From a virus (taxonomy: Duplodnaviria; Caudoviricetes), in IMG/VR virus record IMGVR_UViG_3300017722_005389: 64,000 bases of DNA; one strand, 5' to 3'. Of this stretch, positions 38,049 through 47,164 are shown piece after piece. Each line of letters opens with the position of its first letter. Position 1 is the first letter of the stretch. The position numbers were made by a program, and so were the translations under genes. Under the pieces are notes generated by a model that was not told the origin of the DNA, did not search any database, and saw only the letters and a program-made list of their open reading frames with translations.

Positions 38049-38963
38049 ATGGAAGATCTTTTCAATATCATCATAAGAACTTTTGGTGGCTACAGAAACA
38101 AAAATCATGATTCTGGGCAGATAAGTGTTGACTGCCCAAATTGTGATGATGGAAATCACAAAGGAAATCTTGAAATCAACATCTTTAACGATGTATATTC
38201 ATGCTGGGCGTGTAGAGAACTTCCTGATGGAGTTAAGGGAAGAGATATTAGATGGCTTATAAGAAAATATGGTACATCTGATGATTTTCAATATTATAAT
38301 GAATTAAGACCTAAATCCCCAAAGCTATATGAAAGACCTCAGAAGGATGTTATACTTCCTTATGAGTATAAAACTTTTACAAAGATTAATGAAAAATCTT
38401 CAGGTTATAAAATAGCCTTAAAATATTTATCCGATAGAGGCATATCTAAAGAAATTATAGATAAGTTCAATATCGGATTTTGCGATTCTGGTTATTACGA
38501 AGGAAGAATAATTATACCATCATTTAATCGAAATGGTTTTTTAGACTATTTTGTTTCCAGAGATTATACTGGAACTTCTAAAGAAAAATATCTTAATCAT
38601 ACTAATGATAAATCCAATATCATTTTTAATGAATACTTTATTGAATGGGATATGTCAATTATTCTTGTTGAGGGGGTCTTTGACCATATTGTAACTATCA
38701 ATTCAATTGCATTGCTTGGCAAAGCAGTTTCCCCCAAACTATCATCAATTCTTCAAAAAAACCTCAATGGTAATTTGTATATTCTTTTTGATGAGGATGC
38801 AATTGATAATGCCGAAGAACTTAAAAAGCAATTAAATTTCGGAGCTTTAAGAAATCGTGTGTATATCATAAAACTGCCTAAAGGAGAAGATCCTTCTTCA
38901 TTATTCCAAAAATTAGGTAAAAAAGAGTATTATAAAGCACTTTCTAATTACATTATGAGATAA
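38049..38963 (+). CDS. dnaG: DNA primase (Zn finger + TOPRIM)
   Basis: CPNCDD...YSCWAC, GRIIIP, LVEGVFD, FDEDA, KGEDPS. Confidence 0.9.
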   Translation: MEDLFNIIIRTFGGYRNKNHDSGQISVDCPNCDDGNHKGNLEINIFNDVYSCWACRELPDGVKGRDIRWLIRKYGTSDDFQYYNELRPKSPKLYERPQKDVILPYEYKTFTKINEKSSGYKIALKYLSDRGISKEIIDKFNIGFCDSGYYEGRIIIPSFNRNGFLDYFVSRDYTGTSKEKYLNHTNDKSNIIFNEYFIEWDMSIILVEGVFDHIVTINSIALLGKAVSPKLSSILQKNLNGNLYILFDEDAIDNAEELKKQLNFGALRNRVYIIKLPKGEDPSSLFQKLGKKEYYKALSNYIMR

Positions 38964-39016
38964 TTCTCAAAAATAATTTTGAACTTGTTTAAGATTATAA
39001 ACGTTATAAATAAATT

Positions 39017-39844
39017 ATGATTAAAAAAATTATACATACTGCTGATTGGCATTTAGAGCCATATAAAAATCATCAAAGATTTCAAGAAGTAATAGATTCA
39101 TTTGAAAGTTCAATTATTTCAGAAGTTGGAAATATGCCTTCTGAAGAGGTAAGAATTGTTATAGTGGGAGATTTGTTTGATAATAGAACAAAAGAACCTT
39201 CTAATGAAGCTTTTGTTATAATGATGAATACTTTAAAACGTCTTTTGGATCGATTTAAACTTATCATAACAATTGGTAATCATGATTATGATGCGCATAA
39301 TAAGCAAAAGATGGATTGCATTACACCTGTTGTAGAAGCTTTAAAATTATACAACTCAGACAACATTGTTTTTCTTAAAGAAACCTGTATTTATGTTGAT
39401 GATAATATTACCTTTTGCAACTATTCAAATTTCAATGGGAACAGTAGACCCGAAATTGAACAAAGTTTGAAGAGTAACCCAAATAAGACACATATAGGAC
39501 TATTTCACGATGTACTTCAAGGTGCTATAAATTTCAAACAATATGATTTCACAGTTCATCAAGATCATACTGAAAAAGTTGATATTTTTGAGGGCTGTGA
39601 TTTTGTTATGATGGGTGACATTCATAAACATCAAACGCTAAAATATAAAGTCCCTGTAGTTTATTGTGGAAGTTTATACCAGCTTAACTATGGTGAAAGT
39701 ATTGAAGGGCATGGATATGTTCTTTGGGATATTGAAAAACGTTCTTTTGAGTTCAAAGAGATTTCAAACAATTATGGTCTTTATAAAGTAACATTTGATT
39801 CTTTTGAAGATGCAATCATTGGCAATTTTAAATTTACAAATTAA
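39017..39844 (+). CDS. sbcD: SbcD/Mre11 (gp47-like) nuclease
   Basis: HTADWH, VGDLFD, GNHD, MGDIHK, YCGSLYQLNYGE. Confidence 0.9.
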   Translation: MIKKIIHTADWHLEPYKNHQRFQEVIDSFESSIISEVGNMPSEEVRIVIVGDLFDNRTKEPSNEAFVIMMNTLKRLLDRFKLIITIGNHDYDAHNKQKMDCITPVVEALKLYNSDNIVFLKETCIYVDDNITFCNYSNFNGNSRPEIEQSLKSNPNKTHIGLFHDVLQGAINFKQYDFTVHQDHTEKVDIFEGCDFVMMGDIHKHQTLKYKVPVVYCGSLYQLNYGESIEGHGYVLWDIEKRSFEFKEISNNYGLYKVTFDSFEDAIIGNFKFTN

Positions 39845-39856
39845 AAAAATTGAATT

Positions 39857-40714
39857 ATGAGTGAAGAGAAAAAAACCTTAGACTTAAAATCCTTTCATTA
39901 TTTAGAAAATGGAAGAGTTTTGTATTCAAATTTAAACACCATAAAATGTACAAAAATATTAGATCCTGGTGTGTATAATCTAAAAAACTCTGGATATCCA
40001 AAGTATGAAAATGAATTAACTTTGGCGGAAATGGTTGAATCGATCAAAATCCATGAGTTTCCAGATAAAGAAAGGATTGATACACTTTTAACAAAATTTA
40101 TTGATCCTGAAATAAAAGAAAAAGTGAAATCTGCAGGATTTTTGCATAAGACAGGGGTTTTACTTTACGGTAAAGAAGGAACAGGTAAATCTACAATTTT
40201 AAAATATTTCTTTTCAAAATATGTTGCTCAAAATAATGCTTTAGCAATTTACATTAATGAGCATGAACAGATTGGAAAAGTTTGGGATTTTGTTATAGCA
40301 TTAAGACAAACCCATAACAATCCAATATTCATAATTTTTGAAGAAATAGATTCATTATTTAAAGAAAAACATCATGAATCAACATTAAAATCTATATTAG
40401 ATGGAAACCTTTCAATAGATAATTGCATTTTCTTTGCTACTACTAATTACATCAATGATATTCCATCTGCACTAAAAGATAGACCATCCAGATTTAAATA
40501 TAATTTTGAAATTGAAGGCATCCAAGAAAAACAAGATGTTATAAGAATTATAAAAAATATTCTAAAGGAAGATTATTCTCAAGAGGAAATTGAAGAATTT
40601 TCTAATGGGCTTACAGGTTCGACCATTGATACAATAAAACAATTCTGTTTAGATAAAATTATGAATGTAAAATCAATTTCTAAAAATAAAAAAAATATTG
40701 GCTTTGGAAAATAA
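39857..40714 (+). CDS. AAA+ ATPase
   Basis: LLYGKEGTGKS, IIFEEID, ATTNY, DRPSRF. Confidence 0.9.
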   Translation: MSEEKKTLDLKSFHYLENGRVLYSNLNTIKCTKILDPGVYNLKNSGYPKYENELTLAEMVESIKIHEFPDKERIDTLLTKFIDPEIKEKVKSAGFLHKTGVLLYGKEGTGKSTILKYFFSKYVAQNNALAIYINEHEQIGKVWDFVIALRQTHNNPIFIIFEEIDSLFKEKHHESTLKSILDGNLSIDNCIFFATTNYINDIPSALKDRPSRFKYNFEIEGIQEKQDVIRIIKNILKEDYSQEEIEEFSNGLTGSTIDTIKQFCLDKIMNVKSISKNKKNIGFGK

Positions 40715-43343
40715 TATTTTAAAACCTAATACAAAGGTAAAGATAGAATGGCGTGGCTATTATCATGAAATTACCAAAACAAAGGAAAATGATATAAAAG
40801 AAACTTTCTCAAAAAAGTATAATATCCCAAAGAACCTCATTGAAATTGAGAAAGTGTATTTGAAAAAGTCTGAAAATGAGGAGCGAGTTTCAACAGCTAT
40901 TTTAGATTCTCTTTTGAATAAAGATAAGCTTCAAAAAGCCTACAAAGATTTTTTCACTGAGAAATACCCAAATGAAAGCTTTGATAATTTTCTGAAGATC
41001 GATGAAGAGGTTTCCTCACAATTAGAAGGCTTAGATAAGAATCATGAGTTTACTGAGAGAAAATATAAGTTTCTTTGGATAAAAGCTAAAAACATATTTT
41101 CATTTTCAGATTTCTTCAGAGATTACACAAATGATACAGGTGTAACAACGATCTATTCTTATCCAGGAAATCAAGGAGGTAAAACTTCTCTTTCAAGAAT
41201 GCCATCTTTCCTGCTCTTTGGAAATAAAATAAAATACGGAAGGAAAACGAGTATCACATTCCCAGATGTTTTTAACCATTACACCGAAGATAATGAGGCA
41301 TACATTCAAGGTGAAATTCAAATCCAAAATGATGTGTTCTTTCTTAGAAGAAATTTAACAAAATCTAAAAAGGGTGCCATATCCCACTCATTCCACATTT
41401 ATAAATATGATGAAGAAGGTGAGTATGTAGATTTCTTAGGGAGGAAAGCAATAAACTTAAGTATTCAACAAGGGCAAGTAACAAGAAAAAAGTTTGAAGA
41501 TGTTATAGGTTCATATGAGGATTATATTTTCTCAAGTTACTATGAATCTCAAAACGTAGAAAAATGGCTTGAAACAACAGAAACTGAACGTTACAGACTG
41601 TTTTGTGAATATTTGGGATTAGGTATACTTGAGCAGAAATATCAGTTAGTTTCAAAGATATTGTTAAATCATTCTAAAACAAGTTTGACTTCAAAATTTA
41701 GTTTAGAACAATTAAAAAATCAAATAACTTCAGACGAATCTGAAATTTTAAATATTGAAAATGAAATAAGTTTTTCTCAAAAGAAGATTTCTAAAAATCA
41801 AAAAAATGTAACAAATTTTCAGAATAAAATAATAAAATTAACTTCAAAGTTAAGTCCACTAAATTCAAAAATAGTATCTTTAACAAAAGAGGATATTGAA
41901 TCGGATATAGAAGATAAGAAGATTGCTTTTGAAAACGTAAAATCTGAAATAGGTTATATTGAAACAAAGATTAACCAATTGAATGAACAGTTATTTAACA
42001 CCTCTGAAACTAAAATTTTGATCAACGAGAAGTTGAATTCTGCGATGACTTCTTTGTCTGATATTGACAAACAAGTTCCAAAAGAATTAAATCAAAAATT
42101 GAATGATTCAAAGTATAAGTTATTGGAAGTTAAAGAAACTTCCAAAATGATTGAAACTAAAAATAAAGCTTCGGATGAATACCAAAACCTTCAAGTGGAA
42201 TACAAGACTGTTAATAGTGAAATACAGAATCTTACCCAAGAGATTTTAGAACTTCCAGAGAAAACTGTTTGTTCTAAATGCGGACATGAAGAATCTGCAG
42301 ATCAGAAAAAATTCGCCATAGAAGCAAAGATTTCTCTCAAGAAACAAAGACTTCAAGAAATAAAAAATCTTGGCGTACAGGCTAAAATTGAGCTTGATAG
42401 AATCATATCTGAACATAAAGACATTCTTTCTAAAGAAAGCAGCAAGGTTTCTGAAGAGATACGTTCTATTGAGCAAGAAATAAATCTTTATAAGCAGAAT
42501 ATAAGAAATAACATTAACAAAGAAAGCCTTGAATATAAAAGGTTGTTATCATTGTATAACGATTTAGAGAAAGCTGAATCTAAACTTGAATTGAAAAATG
42601 AAACTTTAAAATTTTCAAAAGTAAAATATGAAAGTTCTTTAGAAACATTGAAGATTTATAATGAAAGTTTGAACGACATAAAGAATAACGGTAAAATTTA
42701 TTCAGAAATAAAGAATGTTCAAGAGGAAGTTGATGTGATTAATAAAGAAATCAAAGATATTTCTTATGAGATAAATCAAAACAATATCAAAATCGGTGTA
42801 TTGACAAATTCCATAATAAATAATCGTAATATGATTAGTGATATGGAAGCAGATTACTTCAGAGAAAGAATTTTAAAAACTTATTTACAAGTTCATGGGG
42901 ATGAAGGATTAAGCCAACATATAATTTTATCAATTCTTCCTCAAATAAATGCGGATTTAGCCAAAGTTTTAGATGAAATTACCGATTTCAATTTGTTAGT
43001 AGATTTTGATAAGAAAGGCATAAGATTCTTTTATGAAAGAGATGGTGTGAGATTCAATTTATATCAAGGGTCTGGATTTGAAAAGACTGTATCTTGCCTG
43101 GCTTTACATTATGTGAATATGAGAATGACAACTCTTCCGATATCAAATAATTTGATATTAGATGAAGTTTTTGGAGGAGTGCATAAAGATAATATTGAAG
43201 CCATAAGAAAACTTCTAAAGAAGTTATGTAATGTTTTTGATAATATAGATGTTATCACCCATACCTTAACTGATGAAGTCAAAGGTATCGCAGATAATTC
43301 TATAAAAATTTTCAAAGAAAATAATTTTTCAAAAATCGTATAA
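40698..43343 (+). CDS. sbcC: SbcC/Rad50 (gp46-like) ATPase
   Basis: GNQGGKTS, long coiled coil with CSKC zinc hook, GSGFE signature, LILDEVFG, VITH. Confidence 0.9.
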   Translation: MALENNILKPNTKVKIEWRGYYHEITKTKENDIKETFSKKYNIPKNLIEIEKVYLKKSENEERVSTAILDSLLNKDKLQKAYKDFFTEKYPNESFDNFLKIDEEVSSQLEGLDKNHEFTERKYKFLWIKAKNIFSFSDFFRDYTNDTGVTTIYSYPGNQGGKTSLSRMPSFLLFGNKIKYGRKTSITFPDVFNHYTEDNEAYIQGEIQIQNDVFFLRRNLTKSKKGAISHSFHIYKYDEEGEYVDFLGRKAINLSIQQGQVTRKKFEDVIGSYEDYIFSSYYESQNVEKWLETTETERYRLFCEYLGLGILEQKYQLVSKILLNHSKTSLTSKFSLEQLKNQITSDESEILNIENEISFSQKKISKNQKNVTNFQNKIIKLTSKLSPLNSKIVSLTKEDIESDIEDKKIAFENVKSEIGYIETKINQLNEQLFNTSETKILINEKLNSAMTSLSDIDKQVPKELNQKLNDSKYKLLEVKETSKMIETKNKASDEYQNLQVEYKTVNSEIQNLTQEILELPEKTVCSKCGHEESADQKKFAIEAKISLKKQRLQEIKNLGVQAKIELDRIISEHKDILSKESSKVSEEIRSIEQEINLYKQNIRNNINKESLEYKRLLSLYNDLEKAESKLELKNETLKFSKVKYESSLETLKIYNESLNDIKNNGKIYSEIKNVQEEVDVINKEIKDISYEINQNNIKIGVLTNSIINNRNMISDMEADYFRERILKTYLQVHGDEGLSQHIILSILPQINADLAKVLDEITDFNLLVDFDKKGIRFFYERDGVRFNLYQGSGFEKTVSCLALHYVNMRMTTLPISNNLILDEVFGGVHKDNIEAIRKLLKKLCNVFDNIDVITHTLTDEVKGIADNSIKIFKENNFSKIV

Positions 43344-43378
43344 TTTTGGAACCATATAATATTTTATATGTTTTATAG

Positions 43379-43407
43379 GGGAAGTGTAACAACTTCCCTT
43401 TTCTTTT
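43379..43407 (+). terminator. Rho-independent terminator
   Basis: GGGAAGT-GTAACA-ACTTCCC plus T tract. Confidence 0.75.
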
Positions 43408-43436
43408 GAAAAGACACTTATTTTTAAAATTTAATT

Positions 43437-44798
43437 ATGTTTATTGATATTGAAAAAACATATTTACCCCAAATTGATAATATTATAAAAAGATATTTTC
43501 CGAAATACTTCGAAAGAATTAAAAATTTACCTCAATCTAAAAAAAAGAAAATCCCAATACTTTCTCAAGAGGAATTAGTCGAATTGTATTTTAAATATAA
43601 AGAAGGCGATATACATTCAAGAGATTTAATGATTTACTCTCAATTGAAATTAGTCTATCTTTACGCTAAAAAATTTCATATTACTCAAAATGGCACAAAC
43701 ATTTCTGAAGAAGACTTAGTCGGATTTGCCAATTTAATTTTGATGGAGATAATTGATGATTATGTTCCGTTTACAGAGGGTAAAAATGAATTGAACAGCT
43801 TTTCATCTTTTATAAGAACCTGGCTGGAATTTAATCTTCACACTGAACTTAAAAAATATGGTCTGGCAATTAAGTTACCCCCAAATAAAATAACTGAAAT
43901 ATCTTTACAGAAAAAGCTTATCAGTAAGTATGAACAAGTAAATGGTGAATCACCAAGACATGGGGATTATATTGATTACTGTGAAAGAGGAATAAATAAA
44001 AGAGCTTTTTTTGATGTATTAAACGAAAAAATAGAAATTTATGAAAAGCAGGGTAATGAATTAATCTTGATTAAAAGTTCAAAGTTTGATACTTTAGAAG
44101 TCTTTGAAATAAAATCAGGGAATGAAATTATAAATAAAGATTCAGAAGAAGTCCACTTGGAAGTTTTCGATGGAATAAAAAGCGATCCACTTATCACTTT
44201 GAATTTCAACGATGACATTATGAAAAAGTCTATTGAAAAAGTATTGGATGACTTAACACAAAGAGAAAGAGAGTTTATAGATTTATACTATTTTAGATCT
44301 GAAGCGATAAAAAGGATTCCATCATTATTAACCCCAGATAAGAATAATGAAGGTGAAATGAGAACTTTCAATAAGACTTCTCGCAACACCATAACAGTCA
44401 AAGGAACGAAAAAAAATTCAGAAGAAGTATTTATAGTATATGAAGTATTTGCAAATGCACATGATATTCCTGCAGAAAAACATGCTGTACATACAGATGG
44501 TATAACCGCAATCACTCATAAGAACACAGATATTATTACAAATGAAGTGAATGACACATATGAATTCTTACTTTCTAATGAAATAGATTTAAATACTATT
44601 GAAGTTAAGCATAGATATTGTAAAAATGAAGAGAATGTTAAGTATAGTTTAAATTCAACGGAAGATGGATATGTTTTAAATTTCAATATTAATTATAGTT
44701 ATGGAATGATTTATACACCTCAGACATTTTTGAATAATAATGAAACACTTTTGAAAAAATTAAGAACAAAACTTATAAACTTAAAAAAATATATTTAA
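43437..44798 (+). CDS. phage sigma-70-like RNA polymerase factor with insertions
   Basis: Region 1.2 ILSQEE..KEGDIHSRDLMI, region 2 EDLVGFANLIL/FSSFIRTW/IKLPPN, region 4 VLDDLTQRERE...LLKKLR. Confidence 0.8.
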   Translation: MFIDIEKTYLPQIDNIIKRYFPKYFERIKNLPQSKKKKIPILSQEELVELYFKYKEGDIHSRDLMIYSQLKLVYLYAKKFHITQNGTNISEEDLVGFANLILMEIIDDYVPFTEGKNELNSFSSFIRTWLEFNLHTELKKYGLAIKLPPNKITEISLQKKLISKYEQVNGESPRHGDYIDYCERGINKRAFFDVLNEKIEIYEKQGNELILIKSSKFDTLEVFEIKSGNEIINKDSEEVHLEVFDGIKSDPLITLNFNDDIMKKSIEKVLDDLTQREREFIDLYYFRSEAIKRIPSLLTPDKNNEGEMRTFNKTSRNTITVKGTKKNSEEVFIVYEVFANAHDIPAEKHAVHTDGITAITHKNTDIITNEVNDTYEFLLSNEIDLNTIEVKHRYCKNEENVKYSLNSTEDGYVLNFNINYSYGMIYTPQTFLNNNETLLKKLRTKLINLKKYI

Positions 44799-44800
44799 TT

Positions 44801-45082
44801 ATGAAAAACATTTCAATCGAAAAAATTTTACTTGCACTAATTTTATTGCTTACACTTGCCAACGGATGTAACTCATGCAAAGGAAACAGAGAACATCGTA
44901 CTGAATTAAAATCAATGAAAAAGCGTGTAGATTCTTTAGAAAATACAATTAAACTTTCTAATGAAACAACTTATAAGAATATTTCAAAAGAAATCGAAAT
45001 GCTTTTGATTATCGAAAACGAAATCGATGGTAAAAATAAAAAATCAACTGAAATAAAAGAAATTATCAAAAACTATAAATAA
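44801..45082 (+). CDS. small signal-peptide/lipoprotein-like coiled-coil protein (spanin candidate)
   Basis: KILLALILLLTLANGC followed by coiled coil; adjacent to a membrane protein and an amidase. Confidence 0.55.
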   Translation: MKNISIEKILLALILLLTLANGCNSCKGNREHRTELKSMKKRVDSLENTIKLSNETTYKNISKEIEMLLIIENEIDGKNKKSTEIKEIIKNYK

Positions 45083-45753
45083 TGAACCCTCTTAAGAAAG
45101 TTAATTATTTCAATATAACAAATTCATTTTTCATATTAGCGATACTTATCTTCTCGATAACATCGCTTTTTCACGTTACAGTATTCTGGCTTATAACCAA
45201 TTCATTATTTCTTTCAATAATAATGTCTGTTGCAACTGGAGTTGGCATAATAAGTTCTCTTTTATCAACAAAATACACTAAGCTTACCTATATAAGTTTT
45301 GCATTAATTATTTTGATAGAACTCTTTGGAAATATTTATGGATCATTCATTCATATAGATATTAACAGTGAATATTTCAAAGGATGGAAAGAGCTTATGG
45401 AGCCTGTATTTAGTTTATTTTATACAGTAGAAGAAGGGGAAGTTATTCCAGATTCTATTTACAAGAGATGGGCAGCTATTATTCAAGGATCATTTATTCC
45501 ACTTCTGCTTTCAATAACATTCCACATGTGGATGGTTGTTAGAGATAAATATAAAAAATTAAATTCTAAAAACTTTAACCATCATGAAAAGATTAAAGTT
45601 GTTGAAGAAGTGGTAAAACCTGAAGACATGGTAAAACCTGAAGAAGCAGCAGTTCCAAAAGAGCGTAAGAAAAATTCAAGTGGCAGGAAAAGTATGAGTG
45701 TTTCATTCCCTTTTGAAAATATTAAAAAAAAAATTCAGAACCTGAAATTTTAA
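45082..45753 (+). CDS. multi-pass membrane protein (holin-like candidate), short form
   Basis: About four hydrophobic helices and a charged C-tail; ends IKKKIQNLKF* across an A10 run. Confidence 0.7.
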   Translation: MNPLKKVNYFNITNSFFILAILIFSITSLFHVTVFWLITNSLFLSIIMSVATGVGIISSLLSTKYTKLTYISFALIILIELFGNIYGSFIHIDINSEYFKGWKELMEPVFSLFYTVEEGEVIPDSIYKRWAAIIQGSFIPLLLSITFHMWMVVRDKYKKLNSKNFNHHEKIKVVEEVVKPEDMVKPEEAAVPKERKKNSSGRKSMSVSFPFENIKKKIQNLKF

Positions 45754-46100
45754 TTGAGAAAGATGAATTAATTTCTGAAGTAATTATTGAAGAAATTAAA
45801 GAAGAAATTGTAGAGGAAGCTAAAGAAGAAATTAAAGAAGAAATTAAAGAGGAAATTAAAGAGGAAATTAAAGAAGAAATTAAAGAAGAAATTGTAGAGG
45901 AAGCTAAAGAAGAAATTAAAGAAGAAATTAAAGAGGAAATTAAAGAGGAAATTAAAGAAGAAATTAAAGAAGAAATTAAAGAAGAAATTAAAGAAGAAAT
46001 TAAAGAAGAAATTAAAAAGAAACCAAAGCCGAGGGTTATTAATGTAAAAAGTGATGACATTGGAACAATTTATTTAAAACCAGAAAATGGACATAAATAA
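45726..46100 (+). CDS. -1 frame C-terminal extension of the membrane protein (EEIK repeats); no start codon of its own
   Basis: Open frame KKNSEPEILIEKDELISEVII(EEIK)n..KKPKPRVINVKSDDIGTIYLKPENGHK*, bounded upstream by TAA 45723; its stop overlaps the amidase start. Confidence 0.75.
   Translation, partial: KKNSEPEILIEKDELISEVIIEEIKEEIVEEAKEEIKEEIKEEIKEEIKEEIKEEIVEEAKEEIKEEIKEEIKEEIKEEIKEEIKEEIKEEIKEEIKKKPKPRVINVKSDDIGTIYLKPENGHK
45789..46016 (+). repeat. 12-bp coding tandem repeat (GARGAAATTAAA) x19 with an 84-bp higher-order duplication
   Basis: 19 units counted; units 2-8 are identical to units 9-15. Confidence 0.95.
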
Positions 46101-46683
46101 CGAGCATAAGTTAAAGACTGCGAATTATATAAGAGTTATTTCAGACAAGAGACAGATTTTATTAGGTAATACGCACCATTATAATTTAAACCATATCAAA
46201 TATTCTATAAATAGGAATAATGGGACATATGATAAATTACCTCATTTTACAATAACCAAAGATGGAAAGATTCATCAGCATTTTGATATAAAATTTTATT
46301 CGAATTATCTTGGGGGTGAGTATACAAAAGATATAATATCAATAGCTTTAGAAAATATCGGACAAATTTTTGAAGAAAAAGGAGTGTATTATGATATTTA
46401 TAATAACACATATGAACATACCCCTTTTGAAAAAAATTGGAAGAATTGTTCAATGTGGGATTCTTATACAGAAGCTCAATTTGAAGCGTGTATATATCTT
46501 TGTAATAAACTTATTAAAGATGGCGTTATAAGCCGAGCGGTTATGCCAACTAATGTTTTTAAACAAGATATAGCTAACTTCAAAGGAATCTGTTATAAAA
46601 GTAATTATGATAGTAAGTATTATGATTTAAATCCAAATTGGGATTTCGAAAAATTTAAAGAAAAAATAGAAAAAAATGAATGA
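46087..46683 (+). CDS. N-acetylmuramoyl-L-alanine amidase-like protein (endolysin candidate)
   Basis: PHFTITKDGKIHQ, ISIALENIG, YTEAQFEACIYLC resemble Amidase_2; the first Zn-ligand His is not evident. Confidence 0.7.
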   Translation: MDINNEHKLKTANYIRVISDKRQILLGNTHHYNLNHIKYSINRNNGTYDKLPHFTITKDGKIHQHFDIKFYSNYLGGEYTKDIISIALENIGQIFEEKGVYYDIYNNTYEHTPFEKNWKNCSMWDSYTEAQFEACIYLCNKLIKDGVISRAVMPTNVFKQDIANFKGICYKSNYDSKYYDLNPNWDFEKFKEKIEKNE

Positions 46684-47128
46684 TATAATCAATAAAATGT
46701 GCTCTCAATTAAGAGAAGATTATTATGTAAACGATAAAAATCTTTTGAGAGAACAAGATGAAGAAACATCTGAACAGGGTGAGGACCAAGAAATAAAAAC
46801 CTTTGATAATAAGAGTGAACAAGCAAAAAATTTTATAAATAATATAAAAAATTATTTAAATAACGGAGCCGTTTCATTTGATTCTATAGTTTTTGATCCT
46901 AAAGATAACAGATTTACTTGGGAAGGTGAAATTGCAACACAAGTAAAATGGGAATTTGTTTTTGAAGATGGAAAAAATCCACAAGTGTTTTTTAAAATAG
47001 AAGAACCGCAAGATTTGGATAAAGAAACTACATTATCTATGCATAAATTGAATACATATTTTAGAGAAAAGATTAGTGCAGAAATTTCAACGGCTATTCA
47101 AAATAAACAATTTGAAAATATTGCATAA
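46676..47128 (+). CDS. hypothetical late protein (LRE motifs)
   Basis: 150 aa; QLREDYY and LLREQD near the N-terminus. Confidence 0.65.
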   Translation: MNDIINKMCSQLREDYYVNDKNLLREQDEETSEQGEDQEIKTFDNKSEQAKNFINNIKNYLNNGAVSFDSIVFDPKDNRFTWEGEIATQVKWEFVFEDGKNPQVFFKIEEPQDLDKETTLSMHKLNTYFREKISAEISTAIQNKQFENIA

Positions 47129-47146
47129 AATAATACTGTATAGGTA

Positions 47147-47154
47147 TATTTATA
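47147..47154 (+). promoter_or_regulatory. TATTTATA putative late promoter
   Basis: 10 nt upstream of ATG 47165. Confidence 0.55.
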
Positions 47155-47164
47155 ATAAAAATAT

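Noticed and set aside
45789-46016. Repeat array as a possible CRISPR
   Set aside because: Contiguous 12-bp units with no spacers, and codon-phased variation.
45722-46060. Minus-strand ORF with SSLI repeats
   Set aside because: Antisense shadow of the EEIK repeat on the + strand.
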